53,368 bases of DNA from a virus. Lineage: Duplodnaviria > Caudoviricetes. The notes beneath the pieces were generated by a model. It saw only the letters and a list, made by a program, of their open reading frames with translations. It had not been told where the DNA came from and did not search any database. Where the stretch lies: IMG/VR virus record IMGVR_UViG_3300042475_005524, positions 1-53,368 of that record; one strand, written 5' to 3'. Shown here one piece after another: positions 36,204 through 46,019 of this stretch; position 1 is the stretch's first letter, and the number at the start of each line of letters is the position of its first letter. The position numbers were made by a program, and so were the translations under genes.

Positions 36204-36769
36204 TAGTTGGTAAAGGGGCGACAGCAATAGAATTAAAAAGAAAAGACTTTCCAAATTCTATTTTAGTAGGAGTTAATCAGTCACCTTGTTTAGCAGACGA
36301 TCTTGATTATTCTTTTGCAAATGATGTTGAGGGTCTCTATGGCTTAACTGACGAGCATATGAAAAATGTTAAAGTTTTGGCGATACCAGAATACCCTCAC
36401 TTTAAAGGCTGGTCAAAGATTGATGTTTTGTATACAAAAGTCTTCGAAACTTGGGGTCATGTTGTTAAAGATTTTTTAATATATAATCTGTGGACGACTC
36501 CCAAAAAAAATAAAGATTTACCAACTTTAGATTGGGTAATGTCTAGTGGAGACGCTCCAATAAGCTATTTGGCAAAATACCATAATATTAAAAAATTTGA
36601 TTTATATGGAATTGGCGTTGGTAATGGATATCATCCAAAAGTATTAGAAATATTACCAAAAGATCATAAAAGATTTGGGAATACTTGGTCCGCTCCTCGA
36701 ATTGGCAAGCTTAGCAATAATATACAAAAGTTAAAAGATCTATACAATTTAGAGATTAATCTTCATTAG
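36179..36769 (+). CDS. Maf/DUF115-like (nonulosonate-transferase-fold) protein
   Basis: Pattern AVIVGKG...LVGVNQ...SSG..ISYLA...IKKFDLYGI resembles the Maf/CstII-like Rossmann fold. Confidence 0.45.
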   Translation: MEAKIHAVIVGKGATAIELKRKDFPNSILVGVNQSPCLADDLDYSFANDVEGLYGLTDEHMKNVKVLAIPEYPHFKGWSKIDVLYTKVFETWGHVVKDFLIYNLWTTPKKNKDLPTLDWVMSSGDAPISYLAKYHNIKKFDLYGIGVGNGYHPKVLEILPKDHKRFGNTWSAPRIGKLSNNIQKLKDLYNLEINLH

Positions 36770-36770
36770 T

Positions 36771-37631
36771 ATGAACGATAAATTAACAATTGGAATAGCC
36801 ACCTATGAAGACTATGATGGTTTATTTTTTACAATTCAATCTTTAAGAATGCATCATGCGGATGCAATGAAAGATGTCGAATTTGTTGTTATAGACAATA
36901 ATCCAGATAGCGCCTGTGGAGAAGCGTCAAGAAATTTTCTAAAGTCTATAAGGGAGCCAGCTAAATATATCCCATTTAGCGATTATAAATCTCCATTTCT
37001 TAAAGGGCAAATTTTTCATTTTGCCGAAACTAAATATGTGCTAGTTATGGATTCCCACATCCTCATGATGCCAAATTCAATTAAAAAATTAATTGAATTT
37101 TTTAGGCAGGAAAGGGATGAGGGTAACTTGCTTCATGGTCCACTTATTTACGATGACTTAGATAATATTTCTACTCACTTTGAAAATACTTGGAGAGGGC
37201 AAATGTGGGGAGTTTGGGGCACCGATGAAAGAGGGCGAAATGAGAATAATCCTCCTTTTGAAATTGAAATGCAGGGAATGGGGTTGTTTGCTTGTAGAAA
37301 ATTTTCTTGGCCAAAATTTAATCCTAATTTTAGAGGATTTGGTGGAGAAGAGGGCTACATACATCGTAAATTTAAAGCTGCTGGCAAAAAGACATTGTGC
37401 TTGCCTTTTCTTAGATGGATGCATCGATTTAATCGACCAAATGGAGTTCCGTATCCACTAGCACTAAAGGATAGAATAATGAATTATTTTATTGGCCATA
37501 TAGAATTGGGGCTAGACTGCGCACCAATATTTGAGCATTTTAAACAGTGGGAATCTGAAGAAAATCTTAAAAACATGCATCAAGATGCCGCCAGAATGAT
37601 AGATAATGATTTTTTAAAATTTTCAATTTAA
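36771..37631 (+). CDS. GT2-like glycosyltransferase
   Basis: LTIGIATY, EFVVIDNN, YVLVMDSH and FRGFGGEEGY motifs. Confidence 0.8.
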   Translation: MNDKLTIGIATYEDYDGLFFTIQSLRMHHADAMKDVEFVVIDNNPDSACGEASRNFLKSIREPAKYIPFSDYKSPFLKGQIFHFAETKYVLVMDSHILMMPNSIKKLIEFFRQERDEGNLLHGPLIYDDLDNISTHFENTWRGQMWGVWGTDERGRNENNPPFEIEMQGMGLFACRKFSWPKFNPNFRGFGGEEGYIHRKFKAAGKKTLCLPFLRWMHRFNRPNGVPYPLALKDRIMNYFIGHIELGLDCAPIFEHFKQWESEENLKNMHQDAARMIDNDFLKFSI

Positions 37632-38720
37632 ATGAGCAGAACAGTAGAATTTTTATTTTGGAATGATAAAAAGCTGTACGACTATAAAATGAGAGGTATA
37701 GTGATTGAGGCTATAGATGACAATGGTGGTAGAAAGAAAGAGTATAAAATGTCTATGGTCTCAACTTTAGATAATTTTTTTCATGACTTCTCTATAGAGA
37801 AAACTCTAAAGTCTATAAGAAAAGGTAGAATAGCAGCCGATGTTTTAGTTAGGAGAGATGAACATGGAACTTTATGGGGTGGAACTGAAAAATGGAAGAG
37901 TGTTGTAAATGAGTGTTATGCATTAAACATCAAGCCAATGTTTTTTGATTTTGGTTATTTTGACCATTACGACTCTTTCATGATTGATCATTATAACATA
38001 GATGGGAGAAGTGATATTTTTGCAGAATGGTCAAGCATTAGTGATGTGGTGAATTGGGACGCTTCGGAAAGTTATATCCAAAAATATAGAAATAATTTTC
38101 TAAAAAATTTAAAAAAAGCAAAAGAAGAAAAGCCTCTGGATGGACTAAAAGAGGGCGAATATGTAGTAATTTGGCCGCAATACTCTATGGATCTTCTACG
38201 AAAAGAGTTTAAGGAAAATTTAAATAAAAAGGATGAAGTAACAGATTGGATTAATAATATATGTAAAATAGTTTTAGATCAAGGTTTGATTCCAGTTGTA
38301 AAAGGTGGTCCTGCAATGCATAAGTGGTCAAGATTAAATACGGAAAACGTAAAAGATGTGCGGGTATTTACGCATACCGAAAAGCAGTCTGCTGAAATGA
38401 AAAATACGAAGTTTGAAAAAGATATAAACTATAAGCTAATCGCTCATGCTAAATACCATATAGTTTCATGCAGCAGCGTAACAAATGAACTCGTCTTGGC
38501 GAATGCACCAGTGGTCGCAATGGGTAAAAGCTGGTTTACTGGATTGGATATTTTTAATGAGCCTAATTCTTGGGGAAGTTTAACAAAAAATGCAACAGAG
38601 ATTAACACCAAAAACAGAAACAAATGGATAAATTGGTGGTTGAGCAGGCAGGTAAAAAAAGAAAAAGCGGCTGAAAAATTTTTTCAAATTTATAAAAAAT
38701 ATTCAAATATCGATTCCTAA
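37632..38720 (+). CDS. GT-B protein resembling capsule biosynthesis (KpsS/KpsC-like) transferases
   Basis: FFDFGYF, VVIWPQ and LIAHAKYHIVSCSSVTNELVLANAPVVAMG motifs. Confidence 0.45.
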   Translation: MSRTVEFLFWNDKKLYDYKMRGIVIEAIDDNGGRKKEYKMSMVSTLDNFFHDFSIEKTLKSIRKGRIAADVLVRRDEHGTLWGGTEKWKSVVNECYALNIKPMFFDFGYFDHYDSFMIDHYNIDGRSDIFAEWSSISDVVNWDASESYIQKYRNNFLKNLKKAKEEKPLDGLKEGEYVVIWPQYSMDLLRKEFKENLNKKDEVTDWINNICKIVLDQGLIPVVKGGPAMHKWSRLNTENVKDVRVFTHTEKQSAEMKNTKFEKDINYKLIAHAKYHIVSCSSVTNELVLANAPVVAMGKSWFTGLDIFNEPNSWGSLTKNATEINTKNRNKWINWWLSRQVKKEKAAEKFFQIYKKYSNIDS

Positions 38721-39437
38721 ATAATCGCATGCATTTTTAAATCCAGCACTTTCTATCTTTCCGTGAATACAAAATGGTTTAATTTTATTCTTTTCAAATT
38801 TAGAAATTCTTGACTTCCAAGCTTCTTGATTTTCAGAAGCTATGTTGAATCTATATGGATATTTATAGTAATTTTCCATTAATACTTTATTCGGAATTTT
38901 ATTTAAGAAAAATTTAGCCGCTTTAAATCCTGATCCTTTATTAAGATTTAGATTTTTATTTATATTCAAGAATTCTTTTAGGTATCCACTGCACCTTGGG
39001 CTAAAAAAAATAGAAAGATCGCTCCATTCTACTTTGCTCTTTTCTGGCTTTATTTTTTTTATTTGGCCAGAGCAGTATATATCGTACTTTTCTAAAATTT
39101 TATCTATATTTTTGGTTTCAAAAGGCTTAAACTGGAAGTTATCGTGATCGTTAACCCATAGGTTTTCGCCAAATCTTTCAATAGCCCAATTTAAAGCTAT
39201 ATACTTGCTTAGGCAACATCCGACCTGATTTTTAAATTCAACTTCTATATTAAAGCTTTTTATATCAAAAAGCTCATAATCAAAGTTTGTGGCTATAATG
39301 ATGTCGTTCTTGACCCAGCCACATTTTAGACTAGTGGACACTTGCTTATTTAAATAAAAAATAGCCTGCTCTTTCTCTAAGGAGTGCTTCCATTTTTCAT
39401 GTCCACTGGACAGGGTATAAGAAATCAGTTTCTTCAT
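38703..39437 (-). CDS. Hypothetical protein, possible GT-A glycosyltransferase
   Basis: SKY.AL.W....NLWVNDHDNF (DxD-like); lone inverted gene in the cluster. Confidence 0.4.
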   Translation of the reverse strand: MKKLISYTLSSGHEKWKHSLEKEQAIFYLNKQVSTSLKCGWVKNDIIIATNFDYELFDIKSFNIEVEFKNQVGCCLSKYIALNWAIERFGENLWVNDHDNFQFKPFETKNIDKILEKYDIYCSGQIKKIKPEKSKVEWSDLSIFFSPRCSGYLKEFLNINKNLNLNKGSGFKAAKFFLNKIPNKVLMENYYKYPYRFNIASENQEAWKSRISKFEKNKIKPFCIHGKIESAGFKNACDYLGIDI

Positions 39438-39491
39438 TAAATGAATAATATTTAAAAAAGCCCTATTATTTTATAATAATATGGGCTACGT

Positions 39492-40259
39492 ATGAATTTA
39501 AAAGATAAAATATTTAAAAAAATTTGGGATGGCAAGAAAACGGCCCATACGCCGATAGATCAATCAAAAATTGAACCGTATAGTATATACAAGAAATATA
39601 TAGTAGATATAAGCGATAAAAGATCTGGCAGCAGTAGCTTAGCTAGAAAAAAAATTTCTGTTTGGAGCGAATGTATGGAGTTATTGCCTGATGATTTTAT
39701 AGGTTTGGAGTTTGGTGTTTTTGAGGGGCGATCAATAAACTTTTTTTCAAAATTTTGCTCAAATGCTGTATTTTATGGATTTGATACATTTGACGGTCTA
39801 CCTGAACCTTGGATAGATCCTAGTGGCAGGGTTATTGGAAAAACTGGGGCGTTTAAAACTAAATTTAATAAAATTTCATTTAACGAAAACGTTAAAATAG
39901 TAAAGGGTTTATTTCAAGATACGCTACCAAAATTTTTAATAGAAAAACAAGATTTACTAGAAAAAGTAAATCTTATACATATTGACTGCGATATATATTC
40001 ATCAACTAGATTTGTTCTAGATCAGTGCCTAAGTATTATCAAATATAATAAGCCATATATTTTATTTGACGAATTTGTTAACTGCATAGAAGGCCAAGAT
40101 GAAAATTTTAAAGTAAATAATAAATTAATAGATATTACTCATGGATGTGAGTCACTTGCGTTTTTAGAATTTGTTGAAAAAAATCAAATAGATTTCGAGG
40201 TAATAGTTTCTTTCTTAAAGCCAAAAAAGACTTCCGTTGTTTTGATAAAGATTTTATGA
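39492..40259 (+). CDS. TylF/MycF-like sugar O-methyltransferase
   Basis: LEFGVFEGRS, YGFDTFDGLPE, VKGLFQDTLP, IHIDCDIYSST and ILFDE motifs. Confidence 0.8.
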   Translation: MNLKDKIFKKIWDGKKTAHTPIDQSKIEPYSIYKKYIVDISDKRSGSSSLARKKISVWSECMELLPDDFIGLEFGVFEGRSINFFSKFCSNAVFYGFDTFDGLPEPWIDPSGRVIGKTGAFKTKFNKISFNENVKIVKGLFQDTLPKFLIEKQDLLEKVNLIHIDCDIYSSTRFVLDQCLSIIKYNKPYILFDEFVNCIEGQDENFKVNNKLIDITHGCESLAFLEFVEKNQIDFEVIVSFLKPKKTSVVLIKIL

Positions 40260-40966
40260 GTATTCCAAAAAAAATTCATCAAATATGGATTGGTGAATCG
40301 GCAATACCAAGAAGCTGGGAATTTGACTGCAAGGAAATAGAGAAAAGACACCCAGATTGGGAATATATATTTTGGGGCAATGAAAAAGTTAATACGGAAT
40401 TAGATAAGATGCCTAAAAATGTAAAAGAAAAATATCAATATTTCTTCTCGGAAAAGAAGTGGGCCTATGCATGCGATATTCTTAGATACTGGATTCTATA
40501 TAAGCATGGTGGAGTTTATTTAGACTGTGATTTTAAAATGACAGAAAATGGGTCTTTAAATATGCTTCCTTTGAAAAAAAACCTAATCCTAGTGAACATG
40601 AGGGCGATACATAAAGGAAAAAAATTTAAATGTAGAATTCAAAATTGTTTTATGGCGGCAAAAAAGAAACAGAGTTTCTTAAAAAGAGTTGTACAAAAAA
40701 TATCAAATCTGAATTATAAATTAAAAACAATGCATGGGCAGGAAACAGAAAAATATAGCTGCGGGTTTCTGACTACAGAATATTGTTTCTACTCTCAAGG
40801 ATTAGAGACTATAAAGCATAAGAACTCATTTAGAAAAAAGATAAAAAAGATAATGCCAGATAAAGAGTGTATTTTAAATAAAGAATTTTTTCTTGGCAAA
40901 GATCCTATTATTGCCAAACATTTATCAAAAAGATCACACGGTCTAAAGCTTACAAATATATTTTAA
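40256..40966 (+). CDS. GT32 (OCH1-like, DxD) glycosyltransferase
   Basis: IPKKIHQIWIG, HPDWEY..W and DILRY.ILYKHGGVYLDCD motifs. Confidence 0.85.
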   Translation: MSIPKKIHQIWIGESAIPRSWEFDCKEIEKRHPDWEYIFWGNEKVNTELDKMPKNVKEKYQYFFSEKKWAYACDILRYWILYKHGGVYLDCDFKMTENGSLNMLPLKKNLILVNMRAIHKGKKFKCRIQNCFMAAKKKQSFLKRVVQKISNLNYKLKTMHGQETEKYSCGFLTTEYCFYSQGLETIKHKNSFRKKIKKIMPDKECILNKEFFLGKDPIIAKHLSKRSHGLKLTNIF

Positions 40967-40974
40967 ATTTTAAT

Positions 40975-41436
40975 ATGTGCGCCGCAATAGGAACTACAGA
41001 CCCGTATTCTACTCATCAAGAAGCTTTAGTTTTTGCGGCTCTATCTACTTCGGGAGATATTTTGGAGCTAGGATGCGGAGATTATTCAACTCCAATTTTA
41101 AATCAAATAGCTAATTTTCAGAAAAAAAAATTTAAAATTATTTCTTCTAATAAGGCTTGGTTAGACAAGTATCAATACGTAGAAGATAGAGAGTTAATAA
41201 AAAAATGGAAAGACTATGTTTTTGAAGGCTCGTATGGAATGGTATTTTTAGATAACGAGCAGTTTACTATTGACCGATTAGAGTTAATTCCAAAAATATT
41301 TAATATTACTAAGACTTTAGTTGTTCACGATGCTGACAAAATTAGCAAATTAAAAAATTGGAATGATTATGTTTTTGGTAAAAAAATAACTTGGTTTAAA
41401 AAATATTTACCTCATACAGCTATTATAGAAAAATGA
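40975..41436 (+). CDS. Small methyltransferase-like protein
   Basis: ILELGCGDYSTP, VFLD and VVHD motifs. Confidence 0.55.
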   Translation: MCAAIGTTDPYSTHQEALVFAALSTSGDILELGCGDYSTPILNQIANFQKKKFKIISSNKAWLDKYQYVEDRELIKKWKDYVFEGSYGMVFLDNEQFTIDRLELIPKIFNITKTLVVHDADKISKLKNWNDYVFGKKITWFKKYLPHTAIIEK

Positions 41437-42086
41437 ATGTTTTTTGCCAAAGCTGTAAAAAAAATATTGCCAATATAAATCCGTGCGTATCTAATCTTGA
41501 TAGAATTCATTTTCCATTTCAAAGAAGAAAGGATTCAGATATCCCAGAATTGCAGGATGTAAAGAAAATAAAATGCAAGTATAAAAAATTAAAATATTGC
41601 ATATGCGCTTTAAGAAGAAAAAAAATTCAATATTGGTACTTATTTGATGAAATTGTCAGTAATAATATAGACGAGTTATGCACTACATTAAACGCTAGAT
41701 GGATAGTTTCAATTTGTGATACATATATAGACTATGGAAGTGATGAAGAAAAATGTGGATCAATTGCAGTATCGACATTAAATTTTTGCTTTACACTTAA
41801 CAATTCTATATATCATTCAAAAGAAAAAATAAATCCAAAATCAAATATAATAGGCAAGATATGCTCTGTTCCGTATGACACTAGCTTTATGTTTAAAAAC
41901 GAGAATGATTTTTTTGAAAACTATCTTAAAAGATTTATTTATTCAATAAAGAGATCGGATAAAATTTATCGCTTTGGTATGGCTTTTTTACAAAGACAAA
42001 TAAAAGACAAGAATACTTTATTTTTCTATGTAAATAGTTTAAATGAAAAAAAATTTAAAATAGATGAACAAATTTCAAATAGTTAG
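41433..42086 (+). CDS. Hypothetical protein
   Basis: ORF overlaps both neighbours; core LNARWIVSICDTYIDYG; function unknown. Confidence 0.55.
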   Translation: MNVFCQSCKKNIANINPCVSNLDRIHFPFQRRKDSDIPELQDVKKIKCKYKKLKYCICALRRKKIQYWYLFDEIVSNNIDELCTTLNARWIVSICDTYIDYGSDEEKCGSIAVSTLNFCFTLNNSIYHSKEKINPKSNIIGKICSVPYDTSFMFKNENDFFENYLKRFIYSIKRSDKIYRFGMAFLQRQIKDKNTLFFYVNSLNEKKFKIDEQISNS

Positions 42087-43227
42087 TGGCTATACCAAAA
42101 ATACTCCATACGAAAAAGAAGTTCAAAACTTAAAAGCTTCACTAGATAAGTTTGGATTTAGCTGTGAGCACGTAGTTGGTTTTGAAAATCTTGGAACTTG
42201 GGAAAAAAACTGTCAGCAGAAAGCCTTGATACTAAAATCAAAACTACAAGAGCTTAAAACTCCAATTGTGTGGTTAGATGCCGATGCGGTGCTAAAAAAG
42301 AATCCAGTGCTCTTTTATGAAATAGAAAAGGATATTGCGTTTTGTTATTATAGGATAGCTGGCAAGGATGAACTCCTTAGCGGCACTATTTTTTTAAAAC
42401 CTTCTGAAATAAGCTTTAAAATATTGGATGAATGGATTAAATTAAACAATCAAAATCCAAAAGAATGGGATCAAAGAACGCTGCAAAAAATAATAAAAAA
42501 TTTCAAAATAGATTATTACAACTTACCGCCTTCGTATTGCAAAATAGATTACATAAAATGTGATGAAATAGTAATAGGACAAAATCAATCTAGCAGAAGG
42601 TTTAAGTCAATAATTAATGCGGACGAAGAAATTTATAAAAGATATTCTGAATATAATGTTTCTTTATGGGAAAATTTAAAAATTGTATACTGGGCAATTC
42701 CAAAGAGTGGATCAACAACAATAAAGAATCATTTATTAAATCTAAATAGCGGTATTGTATTAAAAAATCCTTTACAGGTTCACGATCAGCAATATCAAAA
42801 AATAATAAAACCAGAGTATAGAGATAAGTATTTTAATTTTTCATTAGTCAGAAATCCAATATCTAGATTTTGCAGCATGTATCAAGATTTTTTTGTATAT
42901 AGGCAAAAAAATAATATGTACTTTCCAAAGGAGTTGAATAAAGATTGGAAGGCATTGGATTTTGCAAAATACCTTTTAGAAACAGAAGATAAACAATTAA
43001 ATATTCACTTTAAAAGTTTTTCATTTTTTTTAAAAGATAAAAGGATTAAAATTTTTACATTAGAAAATTTAAAAGAAGATTGGAGCATTGATATACCGGC
43101 TCCAGATAAAAAAATGAATACAAGATCTGATAACAATTTTACAATTTGTGAAGATACAGTCGCTTTAATAAAAGCAAGATATAGTGATGATTTTTTAATT
43201 TGGCAAAATAAAGATTTAAATTTTTAA
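42064..43227 (+). CDS. Fusion of a GT-A nucleotide-diphospho-sugar transferase and a family-2 sulfotransferase
   Basis: N-half has IVWLDADA, LLSGTIF and WDQRTL. C-half has AIPKSGSTTI, FSLVRNPISRFCSMY and IHF. Confidence 0.8.
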   Translation: MNKFQIVSGYTKNTPYEKEVQNLKASLDKFGFSCEHVVGFENLGTWEKNCQQKALILKSKLQELKTPIVWLDADAVLKKNPVLFYEIEKDIAFCYYRIAGKDELLSGTIFLKPSEISFKILDEWIKLNNQNPKEWDQRTLQKIIKNFKIDYYNLPPSYCKIDYIKCDEIVIGQNQSSRRFKSIINADEEIYKRYSEYNVSLWENLKIVYWAIPKSGSTTIKNHLLNLNSGIVLKNPLQVHDQQYQKIIKPEYRDKYFNFSLVRNPISRFCSMYQDFFVYRQKNNMYFPKELNKDWKALDFAKYLLETEDKQLNIHFKSFSFFLKDKRIKIFTLENLKEDWSIDIPAPDKKMNTRSDNNFTICEDTVALIKARYSDDFLIWQNKDLNF

Positions 43228-44153
43228 TGAAAATACTTTACATAACCCCTCACTTATCAACTGGAGGTTTGCCTCAGTATCTTTTAAAAAAGATGGAATG
43301 CTTAAAAAAGCATGAACTCTGGTGCGTTGAATATAATTTTGTATCAGATAAATATACGGTTCAAAGAAATCAAGTAGTAGATCTTTTAAAAGATAGATTT
43401 GTTTCTTTAGGCAATCGGCCAAAAGAAAAGCTGCTGGACTTGATAGCTGAGACATCGCCAGATGTAATTCATTTTGAGGAGTTTCCAGAAACGTTTGTCT
43501 CTCACGAAATGCTGTATAAAATATACAGCAAAAGTAGGAATTATTTAATATTTGAAACCAGTCACGGAATTTATTACAAGGCCGAAAGTAAGATTTTCCT
43601 ACCGGATAAGTTCATTTTTGTTTCTGAAATGCAGGCTGAATTATACGGAAAGATGGGCGTTAGTTATGAGATAGTTGAGTACCCAATAGACTTTAAAAAC
43701 CCAGATAAAAGTTTTAAAAAAGAATTGGGATTAACTGGCGATGTAAAGCACGTATTAAACGTTGGACTTTTTACTCAGGGTAAGAACCAAAAAGAGTTAA
43801 TAGAATACGCGCGCGCGCTAGTGGGCGAGAAGATTCAATTTCATTTTGTTGGCAATATGGCAATTAACTTTAAAGAGTATTGGGAGCCGATTCTAAAAAA
43901 CTTACCAAGTAACTGCTTAATTTGGGGCGAAAGAAGCGATGTGGATAAGTTTTACCAATCTGCCGATTTGATGGTATTTACCTCAAAAAAAGAAACATCG
44001 CCACTAGTTATCAGGGAAGCCTTGTCTTGGAAACTGCCCTGCTTAATTTATAATCTACCAGCCTATAAGAATATGTACGACAAGTTCTCTGGAGTTGGTT
44101 ATTTAAAAGATGGCGACTTTAAGGAAAACATTAAAAAGATAAAAAGCCTATGA
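43227..44153 (+). CDS. GT4-family glycosyltransferase
   Basis: MKILYITPHLSTGGLPQY, LNVGLFTQGKNQ and FYQSADLMVFTS..E.SPLVIREAL motifs. Confidence 0.85.
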   Translation: MKILYITPHLSTGGLPQYLLKKMECLKKHELWCVEYNFVSDKYTVQRNQVVDLLKDRFVSLGNRPKEKLLDLIAETSPDVIHFEEFPETFVSHEMLYKIYSKSRNYLIFETSHGIYYKAESKIFLPDKFIFVSEMQAELYGKMGVSYEIVEYPIDFKNPDKSFKKELGLTGDVKHVLNVGLFTQGKNQKELIEYARALVGEKIQFHFVGNMAINFKEYWEPILKNLPSNCLIWGERSDVDKFYQSADLMVFTSKKETSPLVIREALSWKLPCLIYNLPAYKNMYDKFSGVGYLKDGDFKENIKKIKSL

Positions 44154-45319
44154 AAGACAGCTTAATGCAAATTTACTCAATGACTGAGAAGTCGTCTAAG
44201 GAACCAAGAAAGGCTCAAAATGCTATCGAAGTATCATTTACTGATTCCGCTAAGGTGTCAATAAACGGCCCAGTTGATCAGAGTTATACCGTAAAGTTTA
44301 TTAATAATAAGACTGGCGAGATTACTTATTCTTCAGAAATTAAAAATAATATGTGGTCGAAGTCAGCGATCTCCTATTATGTTGAATGGAGAATCATAGT
44401 GGAATCAGGTGGTCAAACCGTATTTGACCAAGTTTTAAATCTTAACGATAAGAAGGTATTGATAATTATAGACTCACAAAGCCTTGGCGATATTCTTGCC
44501 TATACTGGTCAGATTGACCGATTTCAAATTAAGCACGGATGTAAGATGGATGTTTTGGTGCTAAATAAGGAGTTGGCTGAAATACTTGATTCCTCTTATG
44601 AGAATATAAGTTTTATTTCTGATATTGGCTATAGGGAAGATTACTATGCAATTTACAGTATAGGCTACCCATTAGAAAACTGGAAAAACAAAAATGCAAT
44701 TGATCCTCGGACCATTCCATTGCAAAAAGTTGCCAGTTCAGTTCTTGGCCTTGATTTTAAAGAGGAAAAGCCTATTTTGACATTTTTAAATACAACTAGG
44801 AAAAATAAAAAATATGTGACTATTGCGACTCAAAGCACGGCTCAGTGCAAATACTGGAATAATGAAAATGGCTGGAAAGAGGTAATAAAATATTTAAATA
44901 ATAAAGGGTATGATGTTTGGTGCATTGACCGTTTTCCTTCTTTTGGAAATCAAAAGATGATGAACTATATTCCAAAGGGCGCAATAGATAAGACTGGAAA
45001 CTTTCCGCTAGAGATGAGAATGTCGCAAATCTATAATTCCGAATTTTTTATTGGCTTAGGATCTGGTCTGTCTTGGTTGGCATGGGCGTTGAACAAGCCT
45101 GTAGTTCTCATTAGCGGTTTTAGCAAACCGCTTGCAGAGTTTGAGACTCCTTATAGAATTATTAATGAGTCGGTTTGTAATGGTTGCTGGAATGATTCAA
45201 GTTTAAAATTTGATAAATCTGACTGGATGTGGTGTCCAAGAAATAAAAAATTTGAGTGCTCTTCAGAAATAAGCTCTGATATGGTTATAGATAAAATTAA
45301 AAATTTATTAAAAAATTAA
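44150..45319 (+). CDS. Aah/TibC-like autotransporter protein O-heptosyltransferase homologue
   Basis: SLGD, YV.IATQSTAQCKYWNN..GW..V, FFIGLGSGLSWLAWA..KPVVLISGFS.P..EF.TPYR and CNGCWN-x13-CP-x4-FEC motifs. Confidence 0.85.
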   Translation: MKDSLMQIYSMTEKSSKEPRKAQNAIEVSFTDSAKVSINGPVDQSYTVKFINNKTGEITYSSEIKNNMWSKSAISYYVEWRIIVESGGQTVFDQVLNLNDKKVLIIIDSQSLGDILAYTGQIDRFQIKHGCKMDVLVLNKELAEILDSSYENISFISDIGYREDYYAIYSIGYPLENWKNKNAIDPRTIPLQKVASSVLGLDFKEEKPILTFLNTTRKNKKYVTIATQSTAQCKYWNNENGWKEVIKYLNNKGYDVWCIDRFPSFGNQKMMNYIPKGAIDKTGNFPLEMRMSQIYNSEFFIGLGSGLSWLAWALNKPVVLISGFSKPLAEFETPYRIINESVCNGCWNDSSLKFDKSDWMWCPRNKKFECSSEISSDMVIDKIKNLLKN

Positions 45320-46018
45320 TTTTTGTTTTATTTTTTCAAAATTTAGACCAAGTTCAAAAAGCTTTTCTTCGTAGCCATATCTTACAAAAGCTGAATATTC
45401 GTATATAGCAGTTTTAATCAGAGTTTCTTTGTCCCATACCAGCCCATTTTGTGGTGCAATGCTTTGGTTTTGACGGGGGTACTGTCTTACAAAATCTTCG
45501 TCAAAATTAATATTCATTATATTTAAAACTTTAATAAAGTCATTTAACAAATTTTCTTGCTTTCCTATAAAATTTATTTTATGCATTGTGAACCAGCCAT
45601 ATAGCTCTGTGACATATCCTGGTCTTTTTTTATTTACACTTTGTACAAATGAATTAAAATTTGTATTATCTATTTTATTCAAAATACAACTTGGGTGCCA
45701 GTAACGAATATCATTTTCATCTCCAAATGTTCGCCATTGTATATTTGGAAGATTCATGTAATTAAACCATGATTCATACCAAGTTATTGGATTTCTGACA
45801 AAGCAAAAAGAAAATGGGGGAGCCTGAATTTCTTTACTTTTATTAAGCTTGCTTGCGGCCATTTTATAAAGCTCTCTTTTACCGCATAAAAAAGTAGCAT
45901 GTTTTACGCTAACTCTTTTTTCAATCAGGCCAAGATCTTTTAATACACTAGCTACCCAAGTTCCGCCTGTCTTTGGTACATGTAAAAATACTGCTCCATT
46001 TTTCAATATTATGGGCAT
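45308..46018 (-). CDS. Family-2 (carbohydrate) sulfotransferase
   Basis: FLHVPKTGGT, FCFVRNPITWYES and FIGKQENL motifs. Confidence 0.8.
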   Translation of the reverse strand: MPIILKNGAVFLHVPKTGGTWVASVLKDLGLIEKRVSVKHATFLCGKRELYKMAASKLNKSKEIQAPPFSFCFVRNPITWYESWFNYMNLPNIQWRTFGDENDIRYWHPSCILNKIDNTNFNSFVQSVNKKRPGYVTELYGWFTMHKINFIGKQENLLNDFIKVLNIMNINFDEDFVRQYPRQNQSIAPQNGLVWDKETLIKTAIYEYSAFVRYGYEEKLFELGLNFEKIKQKLIF

Positions 46019-46019
46019 T

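Noticed and set aside
12593-46018. Glycosyltransferase clusters as host chromosomal LPS/capsule DNA flanking a prophage
   Set aside because: They are interleaved and translationally coupled with virion genes. No flippase, polymerase, transporter, integrase or housekeeping genes are visible.
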